A stretch of DNA of 64,000 bases. It comes from Candidatus Poribacteria bacterium (lineage in GTDB: Bacteria; Poribacteria; WGA-4E; WGA-3G). The stretch spans positions 1,248,001 to 1,312,000 of the forward strand of contig OZ242029.1 in assembly GCA_965205015.1 (NCBI GenBank), read 5' to 3'. Below the pieces are notes generated by a model. It ran no database searches. It was not told the origin of the DNA and saw nothing but the letters and a program-made list of their open reading frames with translations. Position numbers and translations under genes: made by a program. Positions 53,234 to 63,500 of the stretch are shown piece by piece (positions within the stretch are counted from its first letter, which is position 1; each line of letters opens with the position of its first letter).

Positions 53234-54124
53234 CTAACGATTTGCAGGTTCTCTCCTGCGGCGATGGTAAGCTGGTTGGACATCCATGTCGATTGCGTTC
53301 CAATAATACTTCAGCGGATCGTCCGTCTCCCACTCCGAATAGACCTCTTCCCATTTTGCACAACCGAGATGGACGGTGAGGGCATCTTCATCAACGGGTT
53401 CATTGACCGACTGGTAACGGGCACTCGTTGCGAGCCGTATGCGGTTCTCGGTCATATTGTTACGACCTCGGTGAATCGTTAAACTGTGAAACATGAGAAC
53501 ATCTCCGCACTTGAAGGGGTTCCAAGCCCATTCCGTACTTTCTTCGATCAACTGCCACGAACGGACATCGTTGTCCTTTAAGAATCCGCGACGGTTCGAT
53601 CCACGTGCGATCGCCAAGCCACCCAACTCGGCATCACAGTCTCCCAAGGGTGTCCAAACGGTCCACGTATCCTGTGCACCGCGAACTGGATGGAAGTCCT
53701 GATGCGGAGGTGTGGTATACTGATGTTCCCCGGGGAAGATAGCGTGACAAATGTGACGTGGGTGAATGAAAACAGAGTTGCCAAACAGGACCTCCAGAAC
53801 ATGCACGATATGCTCGTGATGGGGAAGGGCGTGGAAAAGTCGGAGTTTCTGGATGTCAATGTAGAAACGTCTGAAGGTTTCGGATCCGTCCTGTTCGCAG
53901 ATGAAAACGCCTTTTCTCCGGATAGCGGCATTGGGGTGGGTGCCGGGTTCAAGGAGTTCGTGCTGCTCTGCGACACGGAGCACCTGTTGACGGAGTTCAA
54001 GCACGGGTTCAGTCGGGAGCAGCCCGCGGAAGAAGAGATAGCCGTTCTGGCGGCTGTGCTCAAGAAGTCGAGGACGGTCTCCGATGAAGTCTGTGCAGTC
54101 TACAAACGGCAATTCGATGTGCAT
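53234..54124 (-). CDS. PhyH-family dioxygenase
   Basis: NGYLFFRGLL, TPPHQD, WTPLGD, GDVLMFHSLTIH...RL. Start MHIEL at 54124 with a GAAGGAG RBS. Confidence 0.88.
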   Translation of the reverse strand: MHIELPFVDCTDFIGDRPRLLEHSRQNGYLFFRGLLPTEPVLELRQQVLRVAEQHELLEPGTHPNAAIRRKGVFICEQDGSETFRRFYIDIQKLRLFHALPHHEHIVHVLEVLFGNSVFIHPRHICHAIFPGEHQYTTPPHQDFHPVRGAQDTWTVWTPLGDCDAELGGLAIARGSNRRGFLKDNDVRSWQLIEESTEWAWNPFKCGDVLMFHSLTIHRGRNNMTENRIRLATSARYQSVNEPVDEDALTVHLGCAKWEEVYSEWETDDPLKYYWNAIDMDVQPAYHRRRREPANR

Positions 54125-54147
54125 TAAAATTGCTCCTTCTGAACCTA

Positions 54148-54825
54148 TCATCTCATCTTGAGTTTTCCCCATGTGACCGGTAGGGCATCAGCGGGATCCA
54201 CGGCAAAACTGTGTCCCACGGTTGTAACTAACAGATTGTCATACAGAGAATGTTCACCGGCACTTGCTCTGAAACCTATACCGCCTTTATTATGGGTATC
54301 ATCCTCCCATGTGCAAGATAATTCCAATTCCTCACCCTGTTCACCCAGATAGAGGTCGTAACGCTTACCTTCGGCAACGATCTTTATCGTATACCATTCG
54401 CCAAGCTGAGCGTGCACACCTGATTCATTGTCCAATTTATCGTCATCATTCACAATATAGTTACCGCCGACTCTTGTAAACCACCAAAATTGATTACGAT
54501 TATCTGCGACAATTTGAACCAACGTGCAATTGTTTGGGTCTTCCGCCCGCACGACCCAATTCGATGCCCAGAGTGGGTTTATCATGTGAAAATCGACATA
54601 GAACTCAAAGTCAGCGAAGTCATCTTTGACACTCATCCCAACTTCTCCGCCGTTAACTTCCAGTGTCCCGCCATCCAAGTCCCAGCCTGCCGTAGGTGCC
54701 CATTTACTCTTGTCAATTTCGTTCTTCTCAAAGTCATCCTCAAACAGTACCTCGCCCATACAAAGCGGCGCGTATACTGAGATGAGTATGAATGAAAAGA
54801 GTGTGGGGATCCTGAATTTCATCAC
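54148..54825 (-). CDS. Secreted DUF1080/concanavalin-like beta-sandwich protein with C-terminal AVxP...TWGxLK motif
   Basis: Signal peptide; LFEDDFE, DFEFYVDF, WYTIKIV, GGIGF...YDNL; ends AVDPADALPVTWGKLKMR. Confidence 0.7.
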   Translation of the reverse strand: MMKFRIPTLFSFILISVYAPLCMGEVLFEDDFEKNEIDKSKWAPTAGWDLDGGTLEVNGGEVGMSVKDDFADFEFYVDFHMINPLWASNWVVRAEDPNNCTLVQIVADNRNQFWWFTRVGGNYIVNDDDKLDNESGVHAQLGEWYTIKIVAEGKRYDLYLGEQGEELELSCTWEDDTHNKGGIGFRASAGEHSLYDNLLVTTVGHSFAVDPADALPVTWGKLKMR

Positions 54826-54902
54826 AATTTCTCCTTTCTGGAAAGATTAGGTTTCTCCTGATCCAGAGCCATTCAGTTTAAGATTTCAAATGTTATAGAA
54901 CT

Positions 54903-55184
54903 TTAGTGCGGTGGTTCTGCAACACCGCCGCCGATGGCAGGAAGGAAATGAATTTCCGCGTCCGCGTCAACGCGTTCGAGGATGGATCCCCGAGTGAGGA
55001 GGCCATTGATATATACAGCGATGCCGGGCTTAAGACGATCTTCTTCATATAACCGCTCTTTTATACCCGGATGGCGACTTTCTAAATTATCAATCACTTC
55101 ACGAACAGTCGCACCAGGGAGAACAATGTTCTCTTCGCCGCCTGTGAATTTACGCATGAGGGGTGGAATGACTACGGTTGGCAT
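54903..55184 (-). CDS. MoaD/ThiS ubiquitin-like sulfur carrier
   Basis: GATVREVI..LE..HPG...VYING...FLPAIGGG, followed by a short extension (VAEPPH). Confidence 0.85.
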   Translation of the reverse strand: MPTVVIPPLMRKFTGGEENIVLPGATVREVIDNLESRHPGIKERLYEEDRLKPGIAVYINGLLTRGSILERVDADAEIHFLPAIGGGVAEPPH

Positions 55185-55270
55185 TTTTAATGGTTATCAG
55201 TTATCGGTTGTCGGTTGTCAGTTAAGAGAGAAAGGCGCGCTTGGAAAGCGCGCCTACCCGTGTTTGGGTT

Positions 55271-57529
55271 TTAGATTTTGTCCATGGCTTTCAGGAGCCG
55301 ACCGGGCGACATTGGGAGTTCGGTCATCCGAACACCGATTGCATCATAGATAGCATTGGCAATGGCAGCCATCGGTGGCACAATTGGCACTTCACCGACC
55401 CCACGCACACCATACGGATGCCCCGGATTCGGGACTTCAACAATGACGGCATCGATCATCGGTAAATCCAAGCAGGTCGGCATCCGATAATCGAGGAAAC
55501 TGGCGTTGGTCATGGTGCCTTCGTCATTGTAGATGTATTCCTCATTCAATGCCCATCCGATACCTTGAACAGCACCGCCCTGTATTTGTCCCTCAACGTA
55601 ACTCGGATGGATGGCTCTTCCGGCATCCTGGACTGCGGTATAGCGGAGAATCTCGACCTTACCGGTCTCCTCGTCCACTGCGACATCTACGATGTGTGTT
55701 GCGTAGGCACCACCCGCCCCCCCGGGATTCACTGTCCCACTACCTACAACCGGACCGCCGGTTTGACCGAGCCGTCCACAGAGGTCGCGGAAACTAATCT
55801 GCTCCTCTTTGCCGTTGATGCATGAAAATTCGCCATCTGCGAACTGCACGTTGGCTTCGTCAACTTCCCAGAGTTTTGCGGCGCGAGCAATCATCTTCTG
55901 CTTGACATCCTGTGCGGCTTCATAAGCGGCGTAGCCGGTCGCGTAGGTTGTGCGACTCCCGCCCGTTACAGCGGTGTAACCGACAGAATTGGTATCAACG
56001 ACGCTTGGGTTGACCGATTCAGCGGGGATACCGAGAACTTCTGCCGCCTGCATAGCGATCGAAGCGCGCGTGCCGCCGATGTCTGTGGAACCCTCAATGA
56101 GGTTAATTGTGCCATCGGAGTTGACATTAATTGTCACGCTCGACTCCAAGCCGATATTGAACCAGTAACCGGAAGCGACACCGCGCCCGTGGTGTTTTTT
56201 CCCATTCGGAGCGGAATAGTGTGGGTGCGCTTTTGCGGCTTCAACTGTCTCAATACAACCGATGCGCGGGTGAACGGGTCCATCTGCGCGTCGGTCGCCC
56301 TCTTTTGCACCGTTGAGCAATCGGATCTCAAGTGGATCGATGCCGAGTTTTTCCGCGAGCTCGTCAACCACTGTCTCTGAACCGAAAGCGGCGTTTGGTG
56401 CCCCGGGGGCGCGGTAGGGTGCGGTTTTCGGTTTATTGACAACGACATCGTAACCGTCAATGATAACGTTTTCAATGTTGTAGGGTGCAAAGATACACAT
56501 GGCACCAGGTCCAACGGGGGCACCCGGGTAGGCACCCGCTTCAAAAGCGAGATACGCTTCGGCGGCGGTTATCTTACCCTCTTTGGTTGCACCCATCTTG
56601 ACACGGATGTAGGAGGCAGGTGTCGGTCCTGTGCCTTCAAACACATCCGGGCGGCTCATGAGCACCTTGACCGGCTTACCGGTTTTCCTTGCCAGCAACG
56701 CGGCGACAGGTTTGATGTAAACGCTAATTTTGCCACCAAAACCACCGCCAATTTCCATCGGAACAACCTTAATTTTGGAAATAGGATATTGGAGAATTTC
56801 GGCGACCTGTTCACGCACAGTAAACGCGCCCTGTGTGCTACACCAAATGGTCAGTTGACCATCTTGGTTAAAATGCGCCGTGGCGTTGTGGGGTTCAATA
56901 TAGCCCTGATGGACAGTGCCTGTAACGAAATCCCGTTCAACAACGATATCCGCTTCGGCGAAGCCTTTCTCAGGGTCCCCCAACTGATGCTGGATATGAC
57001 TTGCGACGTTGCTCGGTTCATCAGCCGTCTCGCCCATTGAGGTGGTTTTCAGGGTTTCGTGCAGGAGGGGTGCATCCGCTTCCATTGCTTGGCGCACCTC
57101 TAAGACGGGGGGTAGCACCTCGTATTCGACATCAATGAGTGTGCAAGCTTCTTCTGCGATATGCGGACTTGTCGCAGCGACAGCGGCAACGGCGTGTCCC
57201 TTGTATAGCACCTTATCGCTTGCCAAGATGTTATCGCAGAGATATTTGAGATTGACCGCACCTTCGCCGAGGTCCGCGATTCTGTCCTCAGCAACAGGCA
57301 AGTCTTGCGCGGTGACAACGCCTTTAACGCCGGGATAAGCTTCGGCACGGCTGGGGTCAATCGATATGATTCGCGCATGGGCGTGTGGACTCCGCAGGAC
57401 CCTCCCGTGCAGGAGTCCGGTCATTTGGAAATCTGCCCCGTAAAGTGCGCGACCGGTGACTTTGTCGACCCCATCATGGCGGATAGGACGGGTGCCAATG
57501 ACTTTATATTCTTTCTTTTCGGTTGCCAT
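55271..57529 (-). CDS. Xanthine dehydrogenase-family Mo-hydroxylase, large molybdopterin subunit
   Basis: KVTGRALYGAD, LRSPHAHARI, IGGGFGGK, YRAPG, GGSR, VEGQIQGG, GVGE. Confidence 0.92.
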   Translation of the reverse strand: MATEKKEYKVIGTRPIRHDGVDKVTGRALYGADFQMTGLLHGRVLRSPHAHARIISIDPSRAEAYPGVKGVVTAQDLPVAEDRIADLGEGAVNLKYLCDNILASDKVLYKGHAVAAVAATSPHIAEEACTLIDVEYEVLPPVLEVRQAMEADAPLLHETLKTTSMGETADEPSNVASHIQHQLGDPEKGFAEADIVVERDFVTGTVHQGYIEPHNATAHFNQDGQLTIWCSTQGAFTVREQVAEILQYPISKIKVVPMEIGGGFGGKISVYIKPVAALLARKTGKPVKVLMSRPDVFEGTGPTPASYIRVKMGATKEGKITAAEAYLAFEAGAYPGAPVGPGAMCIFAPYNIENVIIDGYDVVVNKPKTAPYRAPGAPNAAFGSETVVDELAEKLGIDPLEIRLLNGAKEGDRRADGPVHPRIGCIETVEAAKAHPHYSAPNGKKHHGRGVASGYWFNIGLESSVTINVNSDGTINLIEGSTDIGGTRASIAMQAAEVLGIPAESVNPSVVDTNSVGYTAVTGGSRTTYATGYAAYEAAQDVKQKMIARAAKLWEVDEANVQFADGEFSCINGKEEQISFRDLCGRLGQTGGPVVGSGTVNPGGAGGAYATHIVDVAVDEETGKVEILRYTAVQDAGRAIHPSYVEGQIQGGAVQGIGWALNEEYIYNDEGTMTNASFLDYRMPTCLDLPMIDAVIVEVPNPGHPYGVRGVGEVPIVPPMAAIANAIYDAIGVRMTELPMSPGRLLKAMDKI

Positions 57530-57571
57530 TACGATTATGCCTCCAATTCATGAGACTGTGTTTGTATGAAG

Positions 57572-58048
57572 TTAAGCAGAGGTTTCCTTAGCGGCCTCCA
57601 TTACTGCTTTGACGATTTTATCATAGCCGGTACAGCGACACAGGTTCCCCGCTAACCAGTACCGAATTTCATGTTCGGTTGGATTCGGGTTGCTATCCAA
57701 CAATGCCTTGGCACTCATAATAAAGCCGGGTGTGCAAATACCGCACTGGAGTGCGGCGTTTTCCAAGAACGCGTCTTGGATCGGGTGCAGCTTGTCGGGT
57801 TCCGCGAGACCTTCTATAGTTTCGACAGATTTGCCTTCAGTTTCTACACCGAGGACGAGACATGAATTGACGAGTCTGCCGTCGAGGATGACACTGCAAG
57901 CCCCGCAATTCCCGTTGTTGCACCCCTCTTTAGCACCCGTAAGATAGAGTTCGTCCCTGAGAACTTCGAGTAGGCTTTGCCGGGATTCGCAGAGAAATTC
58001 TACTGTTTCGCCATTGATAGTGGTTTGAACGTGCGATTTTCTTGCCAT
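57572..58048 (-). CDS. Mo-hydroxylase 2Fe-2S small subunit (CoxS-like)
   Basis: GCNNGNCGAC, QCGICTPG, GNLCRCTGY. Confidence 0.93.
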   Translation of the reverse strand: MARKSHVQTTINGETVEFLCESRQSLLEVLRDELYLTGAKEGCNNGNCGACSVILDGRLVNSCLVLGVETEGKSVETIEGLAEPDKLHPIQDAFLENAALQCGICTPGFIMSAKALLDSNPNPTEHEIRYWLAGNLCRCTGYDKIVKAVMEAAKETSA

Positions 58049-58095
58049 AGTATAGTTCCTTCCAGGAGTAATAAATTAAAAAATGGACAAAAAAC

Positions 58096-58974
58096 TTATG
58101 CTGCGTCTCGAATTCTCTGGATGGCGCCGTTGAGTGCGCGCCGCGTCAGCACACCGACGAGGTGTGTCCGTTGCTCGGCAGACCCACGCATATCGCTAAT
58201 CGGGCGTGCAATGGCTCGCGCAGCTTCTGCAGCAGCATCAATCGCGGCATCAGAAACCCTGCGACCGGCGAGCAGTGCCCCTGCTTCCTCCGCAAAGAGC
58301 GGCGTGGGCGCAACCGCAGCGAGTGCGATACGAGCAGAGACGATTGTCTGTTTTGCGTCATCAAGTGTCACAGATGCCCCGGCACCAACGACAGCGATAT
58401 CCATCTCATTGCGCGGGATAAACCGGAGATAGAAGGAACTGGAATTGCTTGCGGGTGCTGGTATTTTCAGAGAGACGAGCATCTCACCTTTTTCCAGAGC
58501 AGTTTGCCCCGGTGCCGTACAGAACTGTTCGACGGGGAGTTCACGCTCACCGTTTGGACCGGCAATGACACAGGTAGCACTTAGTACAATCAGTGGCGGT
58601 ATGCAATCCGCAGCGGGTGAAGCGTTACACAAATTACCGCCAACACCGGCGCGTCCTTGGATGGCAGTGCCACCAATAATTTTGGTTGCATCGATCAAAC
58701 CGGGATAGGCATCGCAGATGGCATCAACGGCGTAAATTTTATAACACTCGACTGCAGCACCGAGCGTCAAGCCGGCGTTCGCATCGTAATCCAAGACGTT
58801 CACCTCTGGAACGGATTTGACATCAATCATCAAGTCAACGTCTCGCCGTGCTTCTCGGACTTCAACGATGAGGTCAGTTCCACCCGCCAAGATGCGAGCT
58901 TTTTCTCCGTTTTCATCAAGCAGTGCAACGGCTTCTGGGACCGTTTTCGCGGAAACATAGGAAAAATCTTGCAT
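58096..58974 (-). CDS. Mo-hydroxylase FAD medium subunit (CoxM-like)
   Basis: LAGGTDL, GGNLCNASPAAD, PISDMRGSAEQR. Confidence 0.92.
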   Translation of the reverse strand: MQDFSYVSAKTVPEAVALLDENGEKARILAGGTDLIVEVREARRDVDLMIDVKSVPEVNVLDYDANAGLTLGAAVECYKIYAVDAICDAYPGLIDATKIIGGTAIQGRAGVGGNLCNASPAADCIPPLIVLSATCVIAGPNGERELPVEQFCTAPGQTALEKGEMLVSLKIPAPASNSSSFYLRFIPRNEMDIAVVGAGASVTLDDAKQTIVSARIALAAVAPTPLFAEEAGALLAGRRVSDAAIDAAAEAARAIARPISDMRGSAEQRTHLVGVLTRRALNGAIQRIRDAA

Positions 58975-59144
58975 AAACGGAATCTCCTTTCATTACTATT
59001 AAATAAGTGGAATTCACATTTCATAAAGTGTTGGGGGCTGAGGCGCGGAACCCCCGCCACAGAAATCGGTATTGATGAGATAGGTTTTAGAAATATTTAT
59101 TTTGAATCCTACTATATCAAAAATTCGATTTTAAGGCAAGTTTT

Positions 59145-60293
59145 TTATCTTTTGGAAGGGTGCATCTCAGCAATCAACGCGTCCAAATTCATAAACTTAA
59201 CTTGGATACCGTTGTAATTGCTTGTGAAAGAACGATCTACATCGTGGGCTACGACGAAATTCTCGCCATCCGGATATTGTTTACGGAATGCAAGTAGGGA
59301 ACGCGGTGAAAATCCAGAGGCAGCCCACTTGCACTCGATAGCAATTGGTAGACCCCGTGCACGTGTGAGTACAAAATCGACCTCTTGTCCCCTTTTGTTA
59401 CGCCAATAGCGAATATCGCGGGATTGCGTATGTGCCATAATTTCATTGAGAACAAAATGTTCCCACAATGAACCGAGATCTTCCTGTCGGAGTTGCAACC
59501 ACCCTCGGTAATAACAGACGAATCCGGTGTCGAATCCGTAGACTTTCGGTGCAGCGACAATCTCGGTGGCACGATGAGAACTGAAGGGACGGATGACATG
59601 CACGACGAAGGTCGCCTCCAGAATAGAGAGATAGTTTGATATGGTAGTCCGACTCACCTCACAGGGACGTGCGAAACGGGAGGCTTCAAAAACCCCACCG
59701 CTCTGCGCCATAAGAAGTTCAGTAAATCTCTGAAAGGAGTAGCGGCGTTCAAGTCGAAAAAGTTCCTGGATATCTTTTGCCCAATAAGCATCTATCCATT
59801 CTTGGAAATCAGGTTCGGGAAGTTCAGCCTCAAGGAAAAACGGGGGCAGTCCGCCGTGCAACAGACGATGGTGAATGTCCATTCGGTTGAAATCCGCCAA
59901 GTCCGCCTGTATCAGCGGCGTCAACCATAATTCAGATTTACGCCCAGCAAGCGTATCCCTAAATTTAGCACTGGCACCGAGTGTTGATGAACCCGTCGCG
60001 ACAATCTGAATCTGTGGATAGTGATCCGCCGCAATTTTTAACAATTCGGATGGGTTCGGTAGCCGATGGACTTCATCGAGCACAATCCGCCCAGTGCCTA
60101 CACTATCCAGAAATGCCTGTGGATCTTCCATCAAGCGTCTGACACGCGGCAGTTCACAATCAAAATATTCAATATCGGAAAGTGTCTGGCACAAGCATGT
60201 TTTTCCAACACGCCGGACCCCGGACAACCATACGATTGAACGGTGTTCCCAAGCAGTTTCAATGCGATTGCGCCAAAATTGTCTATCTACCAT
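59145..60293 (-). CDS. AAA_14 ATPase + DUF4143 with C-terminal PD-(D/E)xK-like motif
   Basis: GVRRVGKT, LDEVH, TGSS, HGGLP, PKVYGFDTG, EVDFV...IECK. Confidence 0.88.
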   Translation of the reverse strand: MVDRQFWRNRIETAWEHRSIVWLSGVRRVGKTCLCQTLSDIEYFDCELPRVRRLMEDPQAFLDSVGTGRIVLDEVHRLPNPSELLKIAADHYPQIQIVATGSSTLGASAKFRDTLAGRKSELWLTPLIQADLADFNRMDIHHRLLHGGLPPFFLEAELPEPDFQEWIDAYWAKDIQELFRLERRYSFQRFTELLMAQSGGVFEASRFARPCEVSRTTISNYLSILEATFVVHVIRPFSSHRATEIVAAPKVYGFDTGFVCYYRGWLQLRQEDLGSLWEHFVLNEIMAHTQSRDIRYWRNKRGQEVDFVLTRARGLPIAIECKWAASGFSPRSLLAFRKQYPDGENFVVAHDVDRSFTSNYNGIQVKFMNLDALIAEMHPSKR

Positions 60294-60299
60294 ACATTT

Positions 60300-60380
60300 A
60301 TAGTAGCATATAGTGTACTATTTGTCAAGTTCGTTTGCATATAGTAGCACTATATGCCAATCTGTTTGCATATAGTAGCA
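60300..60380 (-). promoter_or_regulatory. Promoter giving a probable leaderless transcript, with operator-like repeats
   Basis: TTGACA(60328-60323)-17nt-TACTAT(60305-60300)-6nt-ATG; repeated TGCTACTAT and a perfect 9-bp inverted repeat at 60337-60357. Confidence 0.6.
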
Positions 60381-60382
60381 AT

Positions 60383-60592
60383 TTAAGGATCGCCTTCAAG
60401 GGACACGCGCCGAATACTGTCCAATTCTTCAGCACTAAAGACACCCGCTTGATAGAGATTCCGATATTCCTCGGAGACGCTCTGACCGAATATCATCAGA
60501 TCGTCTGTATTAATTGTCACGCCGACACCGTTATCAAATAAGATGCGGATCGGGCGAGGTTCGGAAACCTCACCAGTAGAGAAATAGACCAA
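60383..60592 (-). pseudogene. C-terminal remnant of an adenosine-deaminase-family gene
   Basis: PIRILFDNGVGVTINTDDLMIFGQSVSEEY resembles the ADA C-terminal (V/L)(T/S)INTDD motif; the N-terminal part is missing and replaced by a palindrome. Confidence 0.6.
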
Positions 60593-63500
60593 CTAAACCT
60601 GTTCAACGCTTAAGGTTGCGGGTTCGCCGTTCAGTTTTTGGGCGAGGGTGAAAGCGTTTTCACCCGGCGTATCTACGACGGCTGTCGTAAGGGTCTCGCG
60701 GAGGATGTAGTCTCGATGTGCCTGAAACGCCTCATCCAGAAGTGGAGACGTATCACTGAGACTGAGTTTAATCCGATCGGAAACGTTAAAATCGGCATTC
60801 TTCCGCATATTCTGGATTTTATTGACGAACTCGCGCGCCAAGCCTTCCAGTGTCAACTCGTGCGTCAATTCCGTTGACAGTGCGACGAATTTCTTCGCGT
60901 CTACTTCTACGAAGAAACCCTCTCGATTCTGGGTCTGCACATCAACTTCAGATGGCTCCAGGGTGTATGCCTCTCCCGAGACCTCAACCTGTAAACTACC
61001 CGTAGCTTCCAATTCCGCCTTCAACGCGACTGCGTCTGCGGAGGCGAATGCTTTGGCGATGGCTTGCACGCCCTTGCCGTATTTGGGTCCCAATACCCTG
61101 AAGTTGGGTTTGAGTGTCACCTGTGCGAAAGCCTCCAAGCTCTCTGTGAAGCCGATCGCTTTGACATTGAGTTCATCGTGGATGAGGTCTGCCAAACGAT
61201 TCACAGCCGCTTTCTCAGTGTCGGAGAGTCCACCGAGGGTGATTTCTCCCAAGGGTTGGCGTGTTTTAATGCCGGAACGGTTGCGAGCGGCATGCCCCAT
61301 GCGAATCACTTCGCGTGTGAAATCCATATCTGCTTCTAACTGAGTGTCTTTGAAGGCGGCATCCGCAATCGGATATTTCGCAAGATGAACACTCAGAGGT
61401 GCCTCGTCATCCAATGAACACACCAAATTACGATAGAGTTCATCCGCCCAAAACGGAACGAAGGGGGCAGCGAGTTTCGCAACGCTTACGAGGACCTCAT
61501 AAAGCGTGGCGTAGGCGGCATGCTTGTCAGTTCCGGCTTCCGCGCCCCAGAAGCGGTCGCGGGAGCGGCGGACATACCAGTTGCTGAGGTCGTCCACAAA
61601 CGCCTCAATGGCGCGCGGAGCATTCGTGAGATGATAATTTTCCATCTCGGCGCGCACCTTGTCAATGAGGGTGTGGAGACGCGACAAGATCCACCTGTCT
61701 ATCGTGGCGCGTTCTGAAACAGGTGGCGCGTCTCGCAAGACATCGACCTGCTCAAGGTTGGCATACATGACGAAGAAACTATAGACGTTCTGGAGCGTTC
61801 CCATGAACCTCTTCAAGGCTTCATCAATGCCCTCTATTTTGAAAGCGCGGGGTGTCCAGGGTGTGGTTGCGGTGAACATATACCAGCGCATCGCGTCTGC
61901 GCCTTGTTCGTTCAGAATTGTCCACGGATCGATGGTGTTGCCTCGGCTCTTACTCATCTTCTGGCCGTCGGGTCCCATAATCAGTTCAAGACAGAGACAG
62001 TTTTTGTAAGCGGGCTTGTCATAGAGGAGTGTGCCAGTCGCTAAGAGACTATAGAACCACCCACGGGTCTGATCGATGGCTTCGGAGATGAAATCGGCGG
62101 GGTAGGCTTGCTCCAGCATTTCCTGATTCTCAAAGGGATAGTGCCACTGCGCCGTGTGCGCACAACCGGAGTCAAACCAGCAATCAATGACATCTTGCAC
62201 GCGATGCATCGTGCCACTGCATTTCTCACACGCAAGAACAACATCGTCTACATAAGGACGGTGGAGTTCAATATTATCCGGCACATCCGTCCCGAGTTCA
62301 TGCAATTCGGCGATACTGCCGACACAGTGTTGATGTCCGCAGTCGTCACACACCCAAACCGGCAAGGGGGTGCCCCAATAGCGTTCACGACTCAATCCCC
62401 AGTCGATATTGTTTTCCAACCAATTGCCGAAGCGTCCGTCTTTGATATGCTCGGGATACCAGTTGATCTGCTGGTTGTGCTGATGCATCTGATCTCGGAT
62501 AGCGGTCGTCTGGATAAACCACGATTCACGGGCATAGTAGAGCAAGGGGGTATCACACCGCCAACAGAACGGATATTGGTGGGTATACTCGGCAGCCTTG
62601 AATAACAGTCCACGCCCATCCAAGTTTTCGATGATCTTTGGATCGGCGTCTTTGACGTATTCACCCGCCCAGGTGTCTTTAACTTCTGGGACAAATCTAC
62701 CGTCGGGACCGACCAATTGTACGAGGGGCAAACCGTGTTTCTGTCCGATCTCGTAGTCGTCCTGTCCGAAAGCCGGAGCGATGTGAACCAAGCCACTCCC
62801 CTCCGTTGTCGTCACGAAATCGCCGGTGACGATGTAGTGTGATTTTTCCGGATGCTGTCCACCATCGAACAACGGTTCGTATTCCCAGTCTTGGAGGTCA
62901 CTGCCTTTATAGTTTTCGACGATTTGTGGGGGTTCATCTCCGAATAAACTGGGTATACATTCTTTTGCGAGAATGAGGTGCTTCCCATCGCTTTCTTCAA
63001 CGGAAACGTAATCGTAATCCTCACCGACAGCGACAGCGACGTTAGAGGGTAATGTCCACGGGGTCGTCGTCCAGACGAGGAGGTAGGTATTCTCTCTGTT
63101 TTTCAGCGGGAAGCGAACGAAGATAGATGGATCGGAGACTTCTTGGTAACCCTGCGCGACTTCGTGGCTCGCTAAGGTTGTGCCGCACCGATAGCAATAG
63201 GGTTGGACCTTATGCCCTTGATAGAGGAGTTCCTTGTCCCACGCTTGCCGGAGGACCCACCAAACGCTTTCAATGTAATCGTTCGACAAGGTGATATAAG
63301 CATCATCGAGATCAACCCAATATCCGATGCGTTCCGTCATCCGCCGCCACTCCTGCTCGTATTGGAAGACGTTCTCCTTACATTTTTCGATAAAGTTTTG
63401 AACGCCGTAAGCCTCGAGTTCGGCTTTGTTTTTAATATCGAGTTGCTTTTCGACCTGATATTCAACGGGCAGTCCGTGTGTGTCCCAACCTGCCTTACGA

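Noticed and set aside
55271-57529. Aerobic CO dehydrogenase (coxL)
   Set aside because: Lacks the AYxCSFR and AYxGAGR loops.
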